Assembly: GCA_009693345.1 (NCBI GenBank)
Contig: SHXL01000001.1
Coordinates: forward strand, 1-43,972
DNA length: 43,972 nucleotides
Origin: Betaproteobacteria bacterium
Lineage (GTDB): Bacteria > Pseudomonadota > Gammaproteobacteria > Burkholderiales > SG8-39
Direction of reading: 5' to 3'
Of the stretch, positions 34,943 through 43,972 are shown piece after piece; the first letter of the stretch is position 1, and each line of letters begins with the position of its first letter. A model generated the notes under the pieces. The model worked only from the letters and a program-made list of their open reading frames with translations, searched no databases and had not been told where the DNA came from. The position numbers and the translations under genes are program-made.

Positions 34943-36318
34943 TGCGCGAACCGGCCTTCTCGCTCCTTCGAAAACCAGTTTCTTTTTCATTAAAAGGAAA
35001 AAGAGTCCTGGTCCTTGGCTTGGGCGACACCGGGCTGTCGGTGGCGAACTGGGTCGGGAGCGAAGGCGGCATCGTGCGCGCCGCCGACACGCGTGCTGAG
35101 CCGCCGCGGAAGAAGGATTTTTCCGGAGAACTGCATGCCGGGAAGTTCACCGCTTCGCTGCTGAAGGACATCGACCTGGTCTGCATCAGCCCCGGCCTTT
35201 CGCTCCAGGAGGAAGTGATCCAGGCCGCGCTCGCGAAAAACATTCCGGTCGTCGGCGACATCGAGTTGTTCGCATGGGCTGCTGGCAGGGAAACTGCGGC
35301 AATGGTTCTCGCGGTGACGGGTACCAACGGCAAAAGCACCGTGACGGCACTGACCGGGCACCTGCTGCGCTCGGCCGGCGTCGACTGCGAAGTCGCGGGA
35401 AACATTTCCCCGCCGGCGCTGGATGCGTTTCTGAAAAGGAAAAATCCGCCTGCCGCATGGGTGCTGGAACTTTCCAGCTACCAGCTCGAGACGACGTGGT
35501 CGCTCGCGCCGGTCGCGGCCGCGATGCTGAACCTGTCGGAAGACCATCTCGACCGCTACGCCGGGCTCGCCGAGTATGCCGAAGCCAAGGCGCGCATCTT
35601 CGTGGGCGAGGGTGCGCAGGTGCTCAATCGCTGCGACTCGGTCTCGATGGCGCTCGCGTTGCCAAGTCGAACGCAAATCACATTCGGGCTGGATGCACCG
35701 TCGATGCCCGAGGATTTTGGCATCGACGGCATTTACCTCGCGCGTGGCACGGAGCGCATCCTCCCCGTCGCCGAACTGCCGCTTGCGGGCGCACACAACG
35801 TTTCCAATGCGCTCGCGGCGTGCGCGCTTGCCTGCCTCGCCGGCGTGCCACTTTCCGCGCTCGCTAGGGGCCTGCGCAGTTTCCACGGCCTGCCGCACCG
35901 CATGCAGCGCGTTGCGCTGCGCGGCGGCGTCGAATGGCTGGACGACTCGAAGGGCACCAATGTCGGCGCCACGGCGGCCGCGCTGATCGGCTTGTCGAAA
36001 AAGGCCGTGCTGATTCTTGGCGGTGAGGGCAAGGGGCAGAAATTCGCACCGCTCGCGCCGGCGATCCGCGCACACGCGAAGCATGTGCTCCTCATCGGCC
36101 GGGACGCCGCGTTGATCGAGATGGCAATCGCCGCCAGCGGCGTGCCTTTGGAACGGATTGCATCAATGGAAGAAGCAGTGGCTCGTGCGGCGCAAATCGC
36201 CGCGCCGCACGACGCCGTGCTGCTCTCGCCGGCCTGCGCGAGCTTCGACATGTTCCGCGACTACAGGCACCGCGGCGATGTATTTGCAGCGGCTGTGAAA
36301 GCACTTGGCCATGAATAG
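34939..36318 (+). CDS. murD: UDP-N-acetylmuramoylalanine--D-glutamate ligase MurD
   Basis: This is the C-terminal 459 aa of ORF 33817..36318. ATG 34939 overlaps the mraY stop (ATGA). Pattern: [25 protein letters not shown]. Confidence 0.95.
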   Translation: MMREPAFSLLRKPVSFSLKGKRVLVLGLGDTGLSVANWVGSEGGIVRAADTRAEPPRKKDFSGELHAGKFTASLLKDIDLVCISPGLSLQEEVIQAALAKNIPVVGDIELFAWAAGRETAAMVLAVTGTNGKSTVTALTGHLLRSAGVDCEVAGNISPPALDAFLKRKNPPAAWVLELSSYQLETTWSLAPVAAAMLNLSEDHLDRYAGLAEYAEAKARIFVGEGAQVLNRCDSVSMALALPSRTQITFGLDAPSMPEDFGIDGIYLARGTERILPVAELPLAGAHNVSNALAACALACLAGVPLSALARGLRSFHGLPHRMQRVALRGGVEWLDDSKGTNVGATAAALIGLSKKAVLILGGEGKGQKFAPLAPAIRAHAKHVLLIGRDAALIEMAIAASGVPLERIASMEEAVARAAQIAAPHDAVLLSPACASFDMFRDYRHRGDVFAAAVKALGHE

Positions 36319-37471
36319 TCTTGTTTTTGCACAAGACAAAACAGCGACGGAGTATGACCGCTCGCTTGCCTGGGCGGCGCTGCTGCTGGTCTCGCTCGGG
36401 CTGGTGATGGTGTATTCGTCGTCGATCGCGACCGCGGAAGCAGGCCGGCACTCGGCAAACAATCCCGCCTACTTCCTCCTGCGCCACAGCCTGTTTCTCG
36501 CGCTCGCGCTGAGCGCCGCGACCGCGGTATTCCTCGTGCCGGTGCGCATCTGGCAGAAAGCCGTGCCATGGTTCTTCGCCGCCTGCGTCGTGCTGCTCGT
36601 GCTGGTGCTGATTCCCGGCATCGGGCGCGAAGTGAACGGCGCTCGGCGCTGGCTCAATCTGGGCGTGGCCAACATGCAGCCCTCCGAACTGATGAAGCTT
36701 GCGGTGGTGCTCTATTCCGCCGACTACACCGTGCGCAAGCACGCGGTGCTGAAGAACTTCCGCAGGGGGCTGCTGCCGATGCTGGCGGTAATGCTGGTCG
36801 TCGCGTGGCTCCTGCTGCGCGAGCCCGACTTCGGCGCCTTCGTGGTGGTCGCGGTGACCGCGTTCGGCATCCTGTTCCTCGGCGGCATGAGCGGCCGGCA
36901 CTTCAGCGCGCTGCTGGGAATGCTCACCGCGGGCTTCGTGCTGCTGGTGCTGTCGTCGCCCTATCGCATGCAGCGCATCCTCGGTTTCATGGATCCCTGG
37001 TCGGACGCCTACGGCAAGGGCTACCAGCTGTCGCACGCGTTGATCGCATTCGGCCGCGGCGAATGGCTGGGGGTCGGCCTGGGCGCGAGCGTCGAGAAGC
37101 TGCACTACCTGCCGGAGGCGCACACCGACTTCCTGCTCGCGGTGGTCGGCGAGGAACTGGGGCTCGCGGGCGTCGCCGCGGTGATCGCGCTCTTCGTCTG
37201 GATCGTCCTGCGGGCCTTCTTCATCGGCCGCCAGGCGGTGCTGCGCGAGCGCTACTTTCCCGCGCTCGTGGCGCAGGGCATCGGCATCTGGATCGGCTTT
37301 CAGGCGCTCATCAACATGGGCGTCAACATGGGCCTGCTGCCGACCAAGGGCCTGACGCTGCCGCTGATGAGCTTCGGCGGCTCTGGGCTGATCGTGAATT
37401 GCGTGGCGATCGCATTCCTGATCCGCATCGATTGGGAAAATCGCCAACTCGCCCGAGGATTGAATGCGTGA
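36311..37471 (+). CDS. ftsW: Peptidoglycan glycosyltransferase / lipid II flippase-family protein FtsW (SEDS)
   Basis: ORF 36305..37471. ATG 36311 is preferred; it overlaps the murD 3' end by 8 nt. It is a polytopic SEDS protein with the pattern ...[13 protein letters not shown]...PDFG...[14 protein letters not shown]...[18 protein letters not shown]. Confidence 0.93.
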   Translation: MNSLVFAQDKTATEYDRSLAWAALLLVSLGLVMVYSSSIATAEAGRHSANNPAYFLLRHSLFLALALSAATAVFLVPVRIWQKAVPWFFAACVVLLVLVLIPGIGREVNGARRWLNLGVANMQPSELMKLAVVLYSADYTVRKHAVLKNFRRGLLPMLAVMLVVAWLLLREPDFGAFVVVAVTAFGILFLGGMSGRHFSALLGMLTAGFVLLVLSSPYRMQRILGFMDPWSDAYGKGYQLSHALIAFGRGEWLGVGLGASVEKLHYLPEAHTDFLLAVVGEELGLAGVAAVIALFVWIVLRAFFIGRQAVLRERYFPALVAQGIGIWIGFQALINMGVNMGLLPTKGLTLPLMSFGGSGLIVNCVAIAFLIRIDWENRQLARGLNA

Positions 37472-38529
37472 GTAAGACGATCCTCATCATGGCAGGGGGC
37501 ACCGGCGGGCATGTCTTCCCTGGCCTCGCGGTCGCAGATGAAATGCGCGGCCGCGGCTGGAACGTCGTCTGGATGGGCGCGCGCAGCGGCATCGAGGCGC
37601 GCCTGGTTCCCGCGCGCGGCTATCCCGTGGAGTGGATCCGTGCGACGGCGCTGCGCGGCAAGGGGCTTGCGGCAAAGCTGCTGCTGCCGTTCAACCTGCT
37701 GATCGGCTTCTGGCAGAGCGCACGGGCGATCTTCCGCATCCGGCCCGATGTCGTCCTCGGCATGGGCGGCTACGTCGCGTTTCCCGGCGGCATGATGGCG
37801 TCGCTCTTCGCCCGGCCGTTCGCGGTGCACGAACAGAACGCGATCGCCGGTCTCACCAACCGCGTGCTCGCCGGCGTCGCCGACAAATCGCTGGCCGCGT
37901 TTCCTCACGCGCTGAAGAACGCGGAATGGACCGGCAATCCGGTGCGCGCGGAAATCGCCGCGATCGCGCAACCCGCCGAGCGCTATGCAAACCGCAGCGG
38001 GCCGTTGCGCCTGCTGGTGGTCGGCGGCAGCCTGGGCGCACAGGCGCTGAACGAGATCGTGCCAGAGGCGCTTGGGATGATGGCTGCTCCGGGGAGGCCT
38101 GCAGTAACGCATCAGGCAGGCGAAAAGCATCTCGAGTCCCTTCGTTTGAACTATTCGAACGCGAAGGTCGAAGGCGAGCTCGTTGCCTTCATCGATGACA
38201 TGGCGCAGCGCTACGCCGAGGCCGATCTTGTTATCTGCCGCGCTGGTGCGATGACCATCGCGGAACTCTCCGCGGGCGGCATGGCCAGCGTGCTGGTGCC
38301 TTTCCCGCATGCGGTGGATGACCACCAGAGCGCCAATGCGCGCTTCCTGTCCGGGCAGGGGGCGGCGATCCTCCTTCCGCAGGAAAAGCTCACGCCGAAA
38401 AGCCTCGCCGATCTCATCCGCTCGCTCGATCGCAAGGCCCTTCTGGTGATGGCCGAGAAGGCGAGAGTGCTGGGAAAACCCGGGGCCGCGCGCGCCGTCG
38501 CCGACCGGTGCGTGGAGCTCGCCGCATGA
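37468..38529 (+). CDS. murG: UDP-N-acetylglucosamine--N-acetylmuramyl-(pentapeptide) pyrophosphoryl-undecaprenol GlcNAc transferase MurG
   Basis: This is the C-terminal 353 aa of ORF 36568..38529. GTG 37468 overlaps the ftsW stop (GTGA). Pattern: [19 protein letters not shown]...[13 protein letters not shown]...HQSANA. Confidence 0.95.
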   Translation: MSKTILIMAGGTGGHVFPGLAVADEMRGRGWNVVWMGARSGIEARLVPARGYPVEWIRATALRGKGLAAKLLLPFNLLIGFWQSARAIFRIRPDVVLGMGGYVAFPGGMMASLFARPFAVHEQNAIAGLTNRVLAGVADKSLAAFPHALKNAEWTGNPVRAEIAAIAQPAERYANRSGPLRLLVVGGSLGAQALNEIVPEALGMMAAPGRPAVTHQAGEKHLESLRLNYSNAKVEGELVAFIDDMAQRYAEADLVICRAGAMTIAELSAGGMASVLVPFPHAVDDHQSANARFLSGQGAAILLPQEKLTPKSLADLIRSLDRKALLVMAEKARVLGKPGAARAVADRCVELAA

Positions 38530-39929
38530 AGCACAAGCTCAGGCGCATCCATTTCGTCGGCATCGGCGGTTCGGGCATGAGCGGTATCGCCGAAGTCCTG
38601 GTGAACCTCGGATTCGAGGTGAGCGGCTCCGACCTCGCGGAAAATTCCGCGACGCGCCGCCTGGCGAACCTCGGCGCAAAGATCGTCTTGAAGCACGACA
38701 AGGGCAACATCGAGGGCGCCGATGCCGTGGTGGTATCCACCGCGGTAAAAGGCGACAACCCCGAAGTGGCCGCCGCGCGCGCCCGGCGCATACCCGTGGT
38801 GCCGCGCGCGCTGATGCTCGCCGAACTGATGCGCTTGAAGCAGGGCATCGCGATCGCGGGCACCCACGGCAAGACCACCACCACCAGCCTGGTGGCAAGC
38901 GTGCTCGCAGAGGGCGGCATGGACCCGACTTTCGTGATCGGCGGCAGGCTGAACGCCGCCGGGTCGAATGCGCGCCTGGGCGCGGGCGATTTCATCGTCG
39001 TCGAGGCCGACGAGTCGGACGCGAGCTTTCTGCACCTGCAGCCGGTGCTCGCGGTGGTCACCAACATCGACGCCGACCACATGGAAACCTACCAGCACGA
39101 CTTCGCCCGGCTGAAGCAGGCGTTCGTGCAGTTCCTGCAAAACCTGCCCTTCTACGGCAGCGCGGTGCTGTGCATGGACGATCCTCATGTGCGGGAGATC
39201 CTGCCCTTCGTCTCCAAGCCCGCGGTGACCTACGGCACCGGGGCCGAAGCGATGGTGCGCGCCGAGGGCATCGAGCATGCCGCCGGGCGGATGCGATTCC
39301 GGGTGGCGCGCGCCGACGTGCGACAACCAGGCGCGCAGCCGATGGAGGTCACGCTCAACCTGCCCGGCCACCACAACGTGCTCAATTCGCTCGCGGCGAT
39401 TGCGATCGGCCTGGAGATCGGCATCCCGGAACCGTCGATCCTGAAAGCGCTTGCCGAATTCAGGGGCGTGGGTCGGCGCTTCCAGCGCTGCGGCGAGATC
39501 GCGCTGGATGCGGCCAATCCCGCCGGCGGGCGCTTCACCCTGGTGGACGACTATGGCCACCACCCGGCGGAGATGGCGGCGACGATCGCGGCCGCGCGCG
39601 GCGCATTTCCCGGCAGGCGGCTGGTGCTGGCATTCCAGCCGCACCGCTACAGCCGGACGCGGGACCTGTTCGAGGACTTCGTGGCAGTGCTGTCCACCGC
39701 CGATGCGCTGGTCCTGACCGAGGTGTACGCAGCGGGCGAGCCGGCGATCGCGGCTGCCGACGGAAACACTCTGGCGCGCGCGGTGCGTGCCGTGGGCAAG
39801 ACCAAACCCGTGTTCGTACAGGACATCGGCCGCATGGCGGACGGAATCCGCGGCGTGGCGCGCGATGGCGACGTCGTGCTGACGATGGGCGCGGGTTCAA
39901 TCGGTAACGTGGCGGCTCAACTGTCGTGA
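38526..39929 (+). CDS. murC: UDP-N-acetylmuramate--L-alanine ligase MurC
   Basis: This is the C-terminal 467 aa of ORF 38508..39929. ATG 38526 overlaps the murG stop (ATGA). Pattern: [33 protein letters not shown]. Confidence 0.95.
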   Translation: MKHKLRRIHFVGIGGSGMSGIAEVLVNLGFEVSGSDLAENSATRRLANLGAKIVLKHDKGNIEGADAVVVSTAVKGDNPEVAAARARRIPVVPRALMLAELMRLKQGIAIAGTHGKTTTTSLVASVLAEGGMDPTFVIGGRLNAAGSNARLGAGDFIVVEADESDASFLHLQPVLAVVTNIDADHMETYQHDFARLKQAFVQFLQNLPFYGSAVLCMDDPHVREILPFVSKPAVTYGTGAEAMVRAEGIEHAAGRMRFRVARADVRQPGAQPMEVTLNLPGHHNVLNSLAAIAIGLEIGIPEPSILKALAEFRGVGRRFQRCGEIALDAANPAGGRFTLVDDYGHHPAEMAATIAAARGAFPGRRLVLAFQPHRYSRTRDLFEDFVAVLSTADALVLTEVYAAGEPAIAAADGNTLARAVRAVGKTKPVFVQDIGRMADGIRGVARDGDVVLTMGAGSIGNVAAQLS

Positions 39930-40849
39930 GCAAAGAAACGATCCAATTCGAGGGCCTGCGCGGAGAACTGCGGCGCGACGAGCCGATGTCCCAGCACGCG
40001 AGCTGGAAGGCCGGCGGCCCGGCGAACCGCTTCTTCGCGCCGGCGGACCTCGAGGACCTGTCCATGTTCCTCGGCCAGCTGCCGCCGGAGGAACAGGTCC
40101 TGTTCGTCGGACTTGGCTCCAACCTGCTGGTGCGCGAAGGCGGGTGGCGCGGCACGGTGATATTGACCTATGCGGCGAGCAAGCGCCCGCGCATGGAAGA
40201 AGGGCTGCTGTATGCCGAGGCGGGCGTCGCTTGCCCGCGGGTCGCGCGTTTCTCGGCCGACAATAATCTTGGCAGCGCGGAATGGCTCACCGGGATCCCC
40301 GGCACCGTCGGCGGCGCGCTCGCGGGCAACGCCGGATGCTACGGCGGCGAGACCTGGGACATCGTCGAGCGCGTGGTGACGATCAACCGGCGCGGCCAGT
40401 TGCGCCGGCGCTCCAGGGACGAGTTCGAGTTCGGCTACCGCCGCTGCGAACTGAAGACCGACGCCAGCAGCGACGGCGATGAATGGTTCGCTTCGGCGCA
40501 TTTCAAGCTGCCCGAGGGCGACCGGGAGGAATCGCGCGCCATCATGCAGGCCCTGCTGACCAAGCGCCGCTCGACGCAGCCGCTGCAGCTGCCGAACGCA
40601 GGCAGCGTGTTCCGCAATCCGGCCGAAGGCAAGACGGCGGCGAAACTGATCCAGTTCGCCGGGCTGAGGAAGTACGCGATCGGCGGCGCGCGGGTCTCGG
40701 AGAAGCACGCCAACTTCATCGTCAACCCGGGCGGCGCCGGCACTGCCGCCGACATCGAAATCCTGATCCTGCACGTGCAGGAGGTGGTCGAGGAAAAAAC
40801 TAATGTCCGCCTGGTCCCCGAAGTGCGCATTGTGGGGGAGGCGAAATGA
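39926..40849 (+). CDS. murB: UDP-N-acetylenolpyruvoylglucosamine reductase MurB
   Basis: ORF 39926..40849. GTG overlaps the murC stop (GTGA). It has an FAD-binding PCMH-type N-terminus (...VGLGSNLLV...), then ...GIPGTVGGA...NAGSVFRNP...[15 protein letters not shown]. Confidence 0.93.
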   Translation: MSKETIQFEGLRGELRRDEPMSQHASWKAGGPANRFFAPADLEDLSMFLGQLPPEEQVLFVGLGSNLLVREGGWRGTVILTYAASKRPRMEEGLLYAEAGVACPRVARFSADNNLGSAEWLTGIPGTVGGALAGNAGCYGGETWDIVERVVTINRRGQLRRRSRDEFEFGYRRCELKTDASSDGDEWFASAHFKLPEGDREESRAIMQALLTKRRSTQPLQLPNAGSVFRNPAEGKTAAKLIQFAGLRKYAIGGARVSEKHANFIVNPGGAGTAADIEILILHVQEVVEEKTNVRLVPEVRIVGEAK

Positions 40850-41769
40850 ATGCGCCCGCAAAATTCGGCAAAGTCGCCGTCCTGCTGGGCGGGACATCGG
40901 CCGAGCGCGAGATTTCGATCATGAGCGGTAGCGGCATTCTCAAGGCGTTGCACTCGAAAGGGATCGACGCGCATGCCTTCGATCCGGCCGAACGCGACCT
41001 GTTCGACCTGAAGCGCGATGGCTTCGCGCGCTGCTTCGTCGCGCTGCACGGGCGCGGCGGCGAGGACGGCACCCTGCAGGGCGCACTCGAGGTGCTGGGC
41101 GTGCCCTATACCGGCAGCGGCGTGCTCGGCTCGGCCGTCGGCATGGACAAGTGGCGCAGCAAGATGATCTGGATCGCAAGCGGCCTGCCGACGCCGCGCT
41201 ACCGGATTCTCTCCGCGGGCGACGATTGGGACGAGGTCGCGCGCGATCTCGGCTTGCCGCTGATCGTGAAACCGGCGAACGAAGGCTCGACCCTGGGCCT
41301 GTCGAAAGTCACGGCGGCGGTGCAGCTGCAAGCCGCGTACGAGCTGGCGGCGAAGAAATATCACGACCTCGCGCTGGCCGAGCAGTTCATCGCAGGCCCC
41401 GAATACACGGCCAGCATCGTGGGCGGAGCGGCGCTGCCCCTGATCCGGATCGAAGCCCCGCAAGGCAATTACGACTACCAGAACAAGTATTTCTCCGACG
41501 ACACGAAATACATCTGCCCCTGCGGGCTGGACGCGCCGAAGGAAAAGGCCCTGCAGGCGCTGGCGCTGGAGGCGTTCAGGCTGACCGGCGGCGCGGGTTG
41601 GGGCCGCGTCGACCTGATGCTCGACGCAAAAGGCGATCCCTGGCTGCTGGAAGTGAACACCTCGCCCGGCATGACCGGCCACAGCCTCGTGCCGATGGCT
41701 GCGCGCGCCGTCGGCATCAGCTACGAGGACCTCTGCGTCAGGATTCTGGAGGGTGCCCATGTGGGATAA
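40846..41769 (+). CDS. ddl: D-alanine--D-alanine ligase
   Basis: ORF 40846..41769. ATG overlaps the murB stop (ATGA). Pattern: [19 protein letters not shown]...[18 protein letters not shown]...[10 protein letters not shown]...EVNTSPGMT. Confidence 0.95.
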   Translation: MNAPAKFGKVAVLLGGTSAEREISIMSGSGILKALHSKGIDAHAFDPAERDLFDLKRDGFARCFVALHGRGGEDGTLQGALEVLGVPYTGSGVLGSAVGMDKWRSKMIWIASGLPTPRYRILSAGDDWDEVARDLGLPLIVKPANEGSTLGLSKVTAAVQLQAAYELAAKKYHDLALAEQFIAGPEYTASIVGGAALPLIRIEAPQGNYDYQNKYFSDDTKYICPCGLDAPKEKALQALALEAFRLTGGAGWGRVDLMLDAKGDPWLLEVNTSPGMTGHSLVPMAARAVGISYEDLCVRILEGAHVG

Positions 41770-42526
41770 CCCGCGGCTCCTCAATACCGCGGCCAACGCC
41801 TTGATCGGCCTCGCTGCCCTGATCTTCGCGTACGCTGCGCTGCAGCTGCTGCTGCGCTCGCCGCTGTTCCCGCTGCACGAAATCGTGGTGCGTGGCGAGC
41901 TCAAGCACGCGAATCGCGAGGAAATCGCCAGCACGATGGATGGCGTCGGCGGCAATTTCTTCGCGACCGATCTGGCCGCGGTGCGCGAGCGCCTCGAGCA
42001 GGTTGCCTGGGTGCGCAGAGTGGATCTGCGCCGTGTCTGGCCTGACCGCCTCGAAGTGACGCTCGAAGAGCACGTCGCCTTCGCGCGCTGGGGCCAGGGC
42101 GTGGGCGACCTCCAGTCGCGCGGCCTAGTGAATACCTTCGGCGAGCCGTTTTCGGCGCCGATGAACGACGGCGGTGAACTGAAGCTGCCGCTGTTCGCCG
42201 GACCCGCGGGCAGCGAAGGGGACATTGCGAGGCGCTACCGGATCTTCGCCGGACTTCTCGCGCCGCTGGGCGAGCTCCCCGAACGCGTGGTCCTGACGCC
42301 GCGTTACGCGTGGCAGCTGCGTCTGGCCGGCGCTCAGAACGGCGTTCTGCACCTCGAACTCGGCCGTGACGGCGCGGAAGCCGTCGAGCAGCGGCTGGCA
42401 CGGTTTATCGCCGCCTACCCGGAATCGCTGGGGCGCCTGCCGCGGCGTGCCGTGGCTGAGCATGGCTTCGTCGACCTGCGCTATCCGAACGGCTTCGCGT
42501 TGCGCGTCGCCGGCTGGAAGGGATAG
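41759..42526 (+). CDS. ftsQ: Cell division protein FtsQ
   Basis: ORF 41753..42526. ATG 41759 is preferred; it gives MWDNPRLLN..., an N-terminus like those of beta-proteobacterial FtsQ proteins as I recall them. It overlaps the ddl 3' end by 11 nt. A TM segment is followed by a POTRA-like region (...[39 protein letters not shown]). Confidence 0.9.
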   Translation: MWDNPRLLNTAANALIGLAALIFAYAALQLLLRSPLFPLHEIVVRGELKHANREEIASTMDGVGGNFFATDLAAVRERLEQVAWVRRVDLRRVWPDRLEVTLEEHVAFARWGQGVGDLQSRGLVNTFGEPFSAPMNDGGELKLPLFAGPAGSEGDIARRYRIFAGLLAPLGELPERVVLTPRYAWQLRLAGAQNGVLHLELGRDGAEAVEQRLARFIAAYPESLGRLPRRAVAEHGFVDLRYPNGFALRVAGWKG

Positions 42527-43756
42527 ATGGCCAAGGAGAACCGCAACCTCGTCGTCGGCCTGGACATCGGCACCTCAAAAGTGGCGGCGCTGGTGGCGGA
42601 GCTCGGGCCGGATGGCGTTCTGGAGGTGCTCGGCATGGGCGGCCATGAATCCAGGGGCCTCAAGAAGGGCGTGGTGGTGAATATCGAATCCACGGTCGCG
42701 GGCATCCAGCGCGCGCTCGAGGAAGCCGAGCTGATGGCCGACTGCAGGATCGCTTCGGCCTTCACGGGGATTGCCGGCAGCCATATCCGCAGCTTCAATT
42801 CCACCGGCATGGTCGCGGTGAAGGACCGCGAGGTGAGCATTGCGGATGTGGAGCGCGCGGTCGAGACGGCGAAAGCGGTGAACATTCCGACCGACCAGCA
42901 GATACTCCACGTTCTCCGGCAGGAGTTCATCATCGACGGCCAGGAGGACGTGCGCGAGCCGGTGGGCATGTCCGGCGTGCGCCTGGAAGTCAAGGTGCAC
43001 ATCGTCACGGGCGCGGTGTCCGCGGCGCAGAACATCGTCAAGTGCGTGCGCCGCTGCGGCCTTGACGTGAACGATCTGATCCTGCAGCCGCTCGCCTCCG
43101 CGCGCGCAGTGCTCTCGGACGACGAGCGCGATCTCGGCGTCTGCCTCGTGGACATCGGCGGCGGCACCACCGACCTCGCGATTTTCACCCACGGCGCCAT
43201 CCGCCACACCGCGGTGATCCCGATCGCCGGCGACCAGATCACCAACGACATCGCGATGGCGCTGCGCACGCCGACGGCCGAGGCCGAGGCGATCAAGACG
43301 CGCCACGGCGTGGCGCTGCGCCAGCTCGCCGATCCGAACGAAATGATCGAGGTGCCCGGCATCGGCGACCGCGCGCCGCGCGTCATGTCGCGCCAGACGC
43401 TCGCCGAGGTGATCGAACCGCGCGCCGAGGAATTGTTTTCGCTGGTGCAGCAGGTGCTGCGCGAATCGGGCTACGAGGAGCTGCTGTCCTCCGGGATCGT
43501 GCTCACGGGCGGCAGCGCGCTGATGCAGGGCATGGTCGAGCTGGGCGAAGAGATATTCCATATGCCGGTGCGCATCGGCGTGCCGCGCTACAGCGGGGGC
43601 CTTGCGGAGGTGGTGCGCAGTCCGCGCTACGCCACCGCCATGGGCCTGCTGCTCGAAGGGGCGACGCAGCTGCAGCAAGGGCGCGTTGCCAGACAAAACG
43701 GCTCCGTCCGTGCGGTCGTCGGACGGATGCGCGACTGGTTTCAGAGGAATTTTTGA
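42527..43756 (+). CDS. ftsA: Cell division protein FtsA
   Basis: ORF 42527..43756. ATG abuts the ftsQ stop (TAGATG). Actin-like ATPase pattern: LVVGLDIGTSKV...VDIGGGTTDLAIF...GIVLTGGSALMQG. Confidence 0.95.
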   Translation: MAKENRNLVVGLDIGTSKVAALVAELGPDGVLEVLGMGGHESRGLKKGVVVNIESTVAGIQRALEEAELMADCRIASAFTGIAGSHIRSFNSTGMVAVKDREVSIADVERAVETAKAVNIPTDQQILHVLRQEFIIDGQEDVREPVGMSGVRLEVKVHIVTGAVSAAQNIVKCVRRCGLDVNDLILQPLASARAVLSDDERDLGVCLVDIGGGTTDLAIFTHGAIRHTAVIPIAGDQITNDIAMALRTPTAEAEAIKTRHGVALRQLADPNEMIEVPGIGDRAPRVMSRQTLAEVIEPRAEELFSLVQQVLRESGYEELLSSGIVLTGGSALMQGMVELGEEIFHMPVRIGVPRYSGGLAEVVRSPRYATAMGLLLEGATQLQQGRVARQNGSVRAVVGRMRDWFQRNF

Positions 43757-43783
43757 TGTGGTCCAACCGGCAAGGAGAAAAAA

Positions 43784-43972
43784 ATGTTCGAAATCGTGAA
43801 TGAAAGTTCAGCAGGACCCGTGAGTTCAGCAGGACCCGTGATCAGGGTGGTTGGTGTCGGCGGTGCCGGCGGCAACGCCGTCGATCACATGATCGAGCAG
43901 GGCGTGGAAGGCGTCGAGTTTTACGCCGTGAACACCGACGCGCAGGTGCTCGGCCGCAGCAAGGCACGCAAC
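43784..43972 (+). CDS. ftsZ: Cell division GTPase FtsZ (5' part only; truncated by the window edge)
   Basis: This is not in the ORF track because no stop lies in the window. ATG 43784 is preceded by AAGGAGA (43772-43778). The 63 codons translate as [63 protein letters not shown], showing the tubulin-type [10 protein letters not shown] start of the GTPase domain. Confidence 0.93.
   Translation, partial: MFEIVNESSAGPVSSAGPVIRVVGVGGAGGNAVDHMIEQGVEGVEFYAVNTDAQVLGRSKARN
43805..43840 (+). repeat. Perfect 18-bp tandem duplication inside the ftsZ 5' coding region
   Basis: AGTTCAGCAGGACCCGTG occurs at 43805-43822 and again, identical, at 43823-43840. It is in frame and encodes [12 protein letters not shown]. 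Confidence 0.97.

Noticed and set aside
33620-34990. 456-aa ORF antisense to mraY
   Set aside because: It is the mirror frame of a polytopic membrane-protein gene. The product is highly charged (Arg/His/Asp/Glu/Gln-rich) with no motif. It is an artefact.
40435-42225. 596-aa ORF antisense to murB-ddl-ftsQ
   Set aside because: It spans three essential genes on the opposite strand and has low-complexity Ser/Arg/Ala composition. It is an artefact.

Overview
This is a 44-kb chromosomal segment from a high-G+C (roughly two-thirds G+C by eye) proteobacterium. Several FtsQ/MurE/Bug-type sequence features look beta-proteobacterial. All calls come from reading the ORF translations and recalling family motifs; no searches were run.

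Layout:
- Left ~27 kb is a mosaic of metabolic and accessory genes. It holds a YdiJ-like FAD/Fe-S oxidase coupled to a secreted ankyrin protein, an LLM oxidoreductase plus MFS transporter, and a frameshifted DUF1223 gene. It also holds a stand-alone DGQHR/DndB-like protein and a GST / CoA-transferase / hydratase operon, followed by NfeD-SPFH-VOC. A Bug(TctC)-rich acid-catabolism operon with an embedded ChaN-like lipoprotein comes next, then an Ldh_2 oxidoreductase.
- The same stretch continues with a BrnT/BrnA toxin-antitoxin pair, an orphan ABC substrate-binding protein and an IlvD/Edd dehydratase. After these come an ATPase-less MlaE-MlaD-lipoprotein module and scoA-scoB followed by an orphan ParA-like ATPase.
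- Right ~16.5 kb is a complete, extremely compact dcw cluster: mraZ-rsmH-ftsL-ftsI-murE-murF-mraY-murD-ftsW-murG-murC-murB-ddl-ftsQ-ftsA-ftsZ (ftsZ truncated by the window edge).

No rRNA, tRNA, CRISPR array, transposase or integrase was seen.

Observations most worth follow-up:
- the solitary DGQHR protein;
- the Mla-like module lacking an ATPase and carrying a non-PqiC lipoprotein;
- a perfect in-frame 18-bp tandem duplication in the ftsZ N-terminus;
- a ~12-24% G+C island with phased GTGG-type repeats upstream of mraZ;
- a probable non-canonical (ATT) start for murE;
- short AT-rich rare-codon patches scattered inside otherwise GC-rich genes.

I cannot show that any of these is a genuinely new system. 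The DGQHR gene and the Mla-like module are the best candidates.
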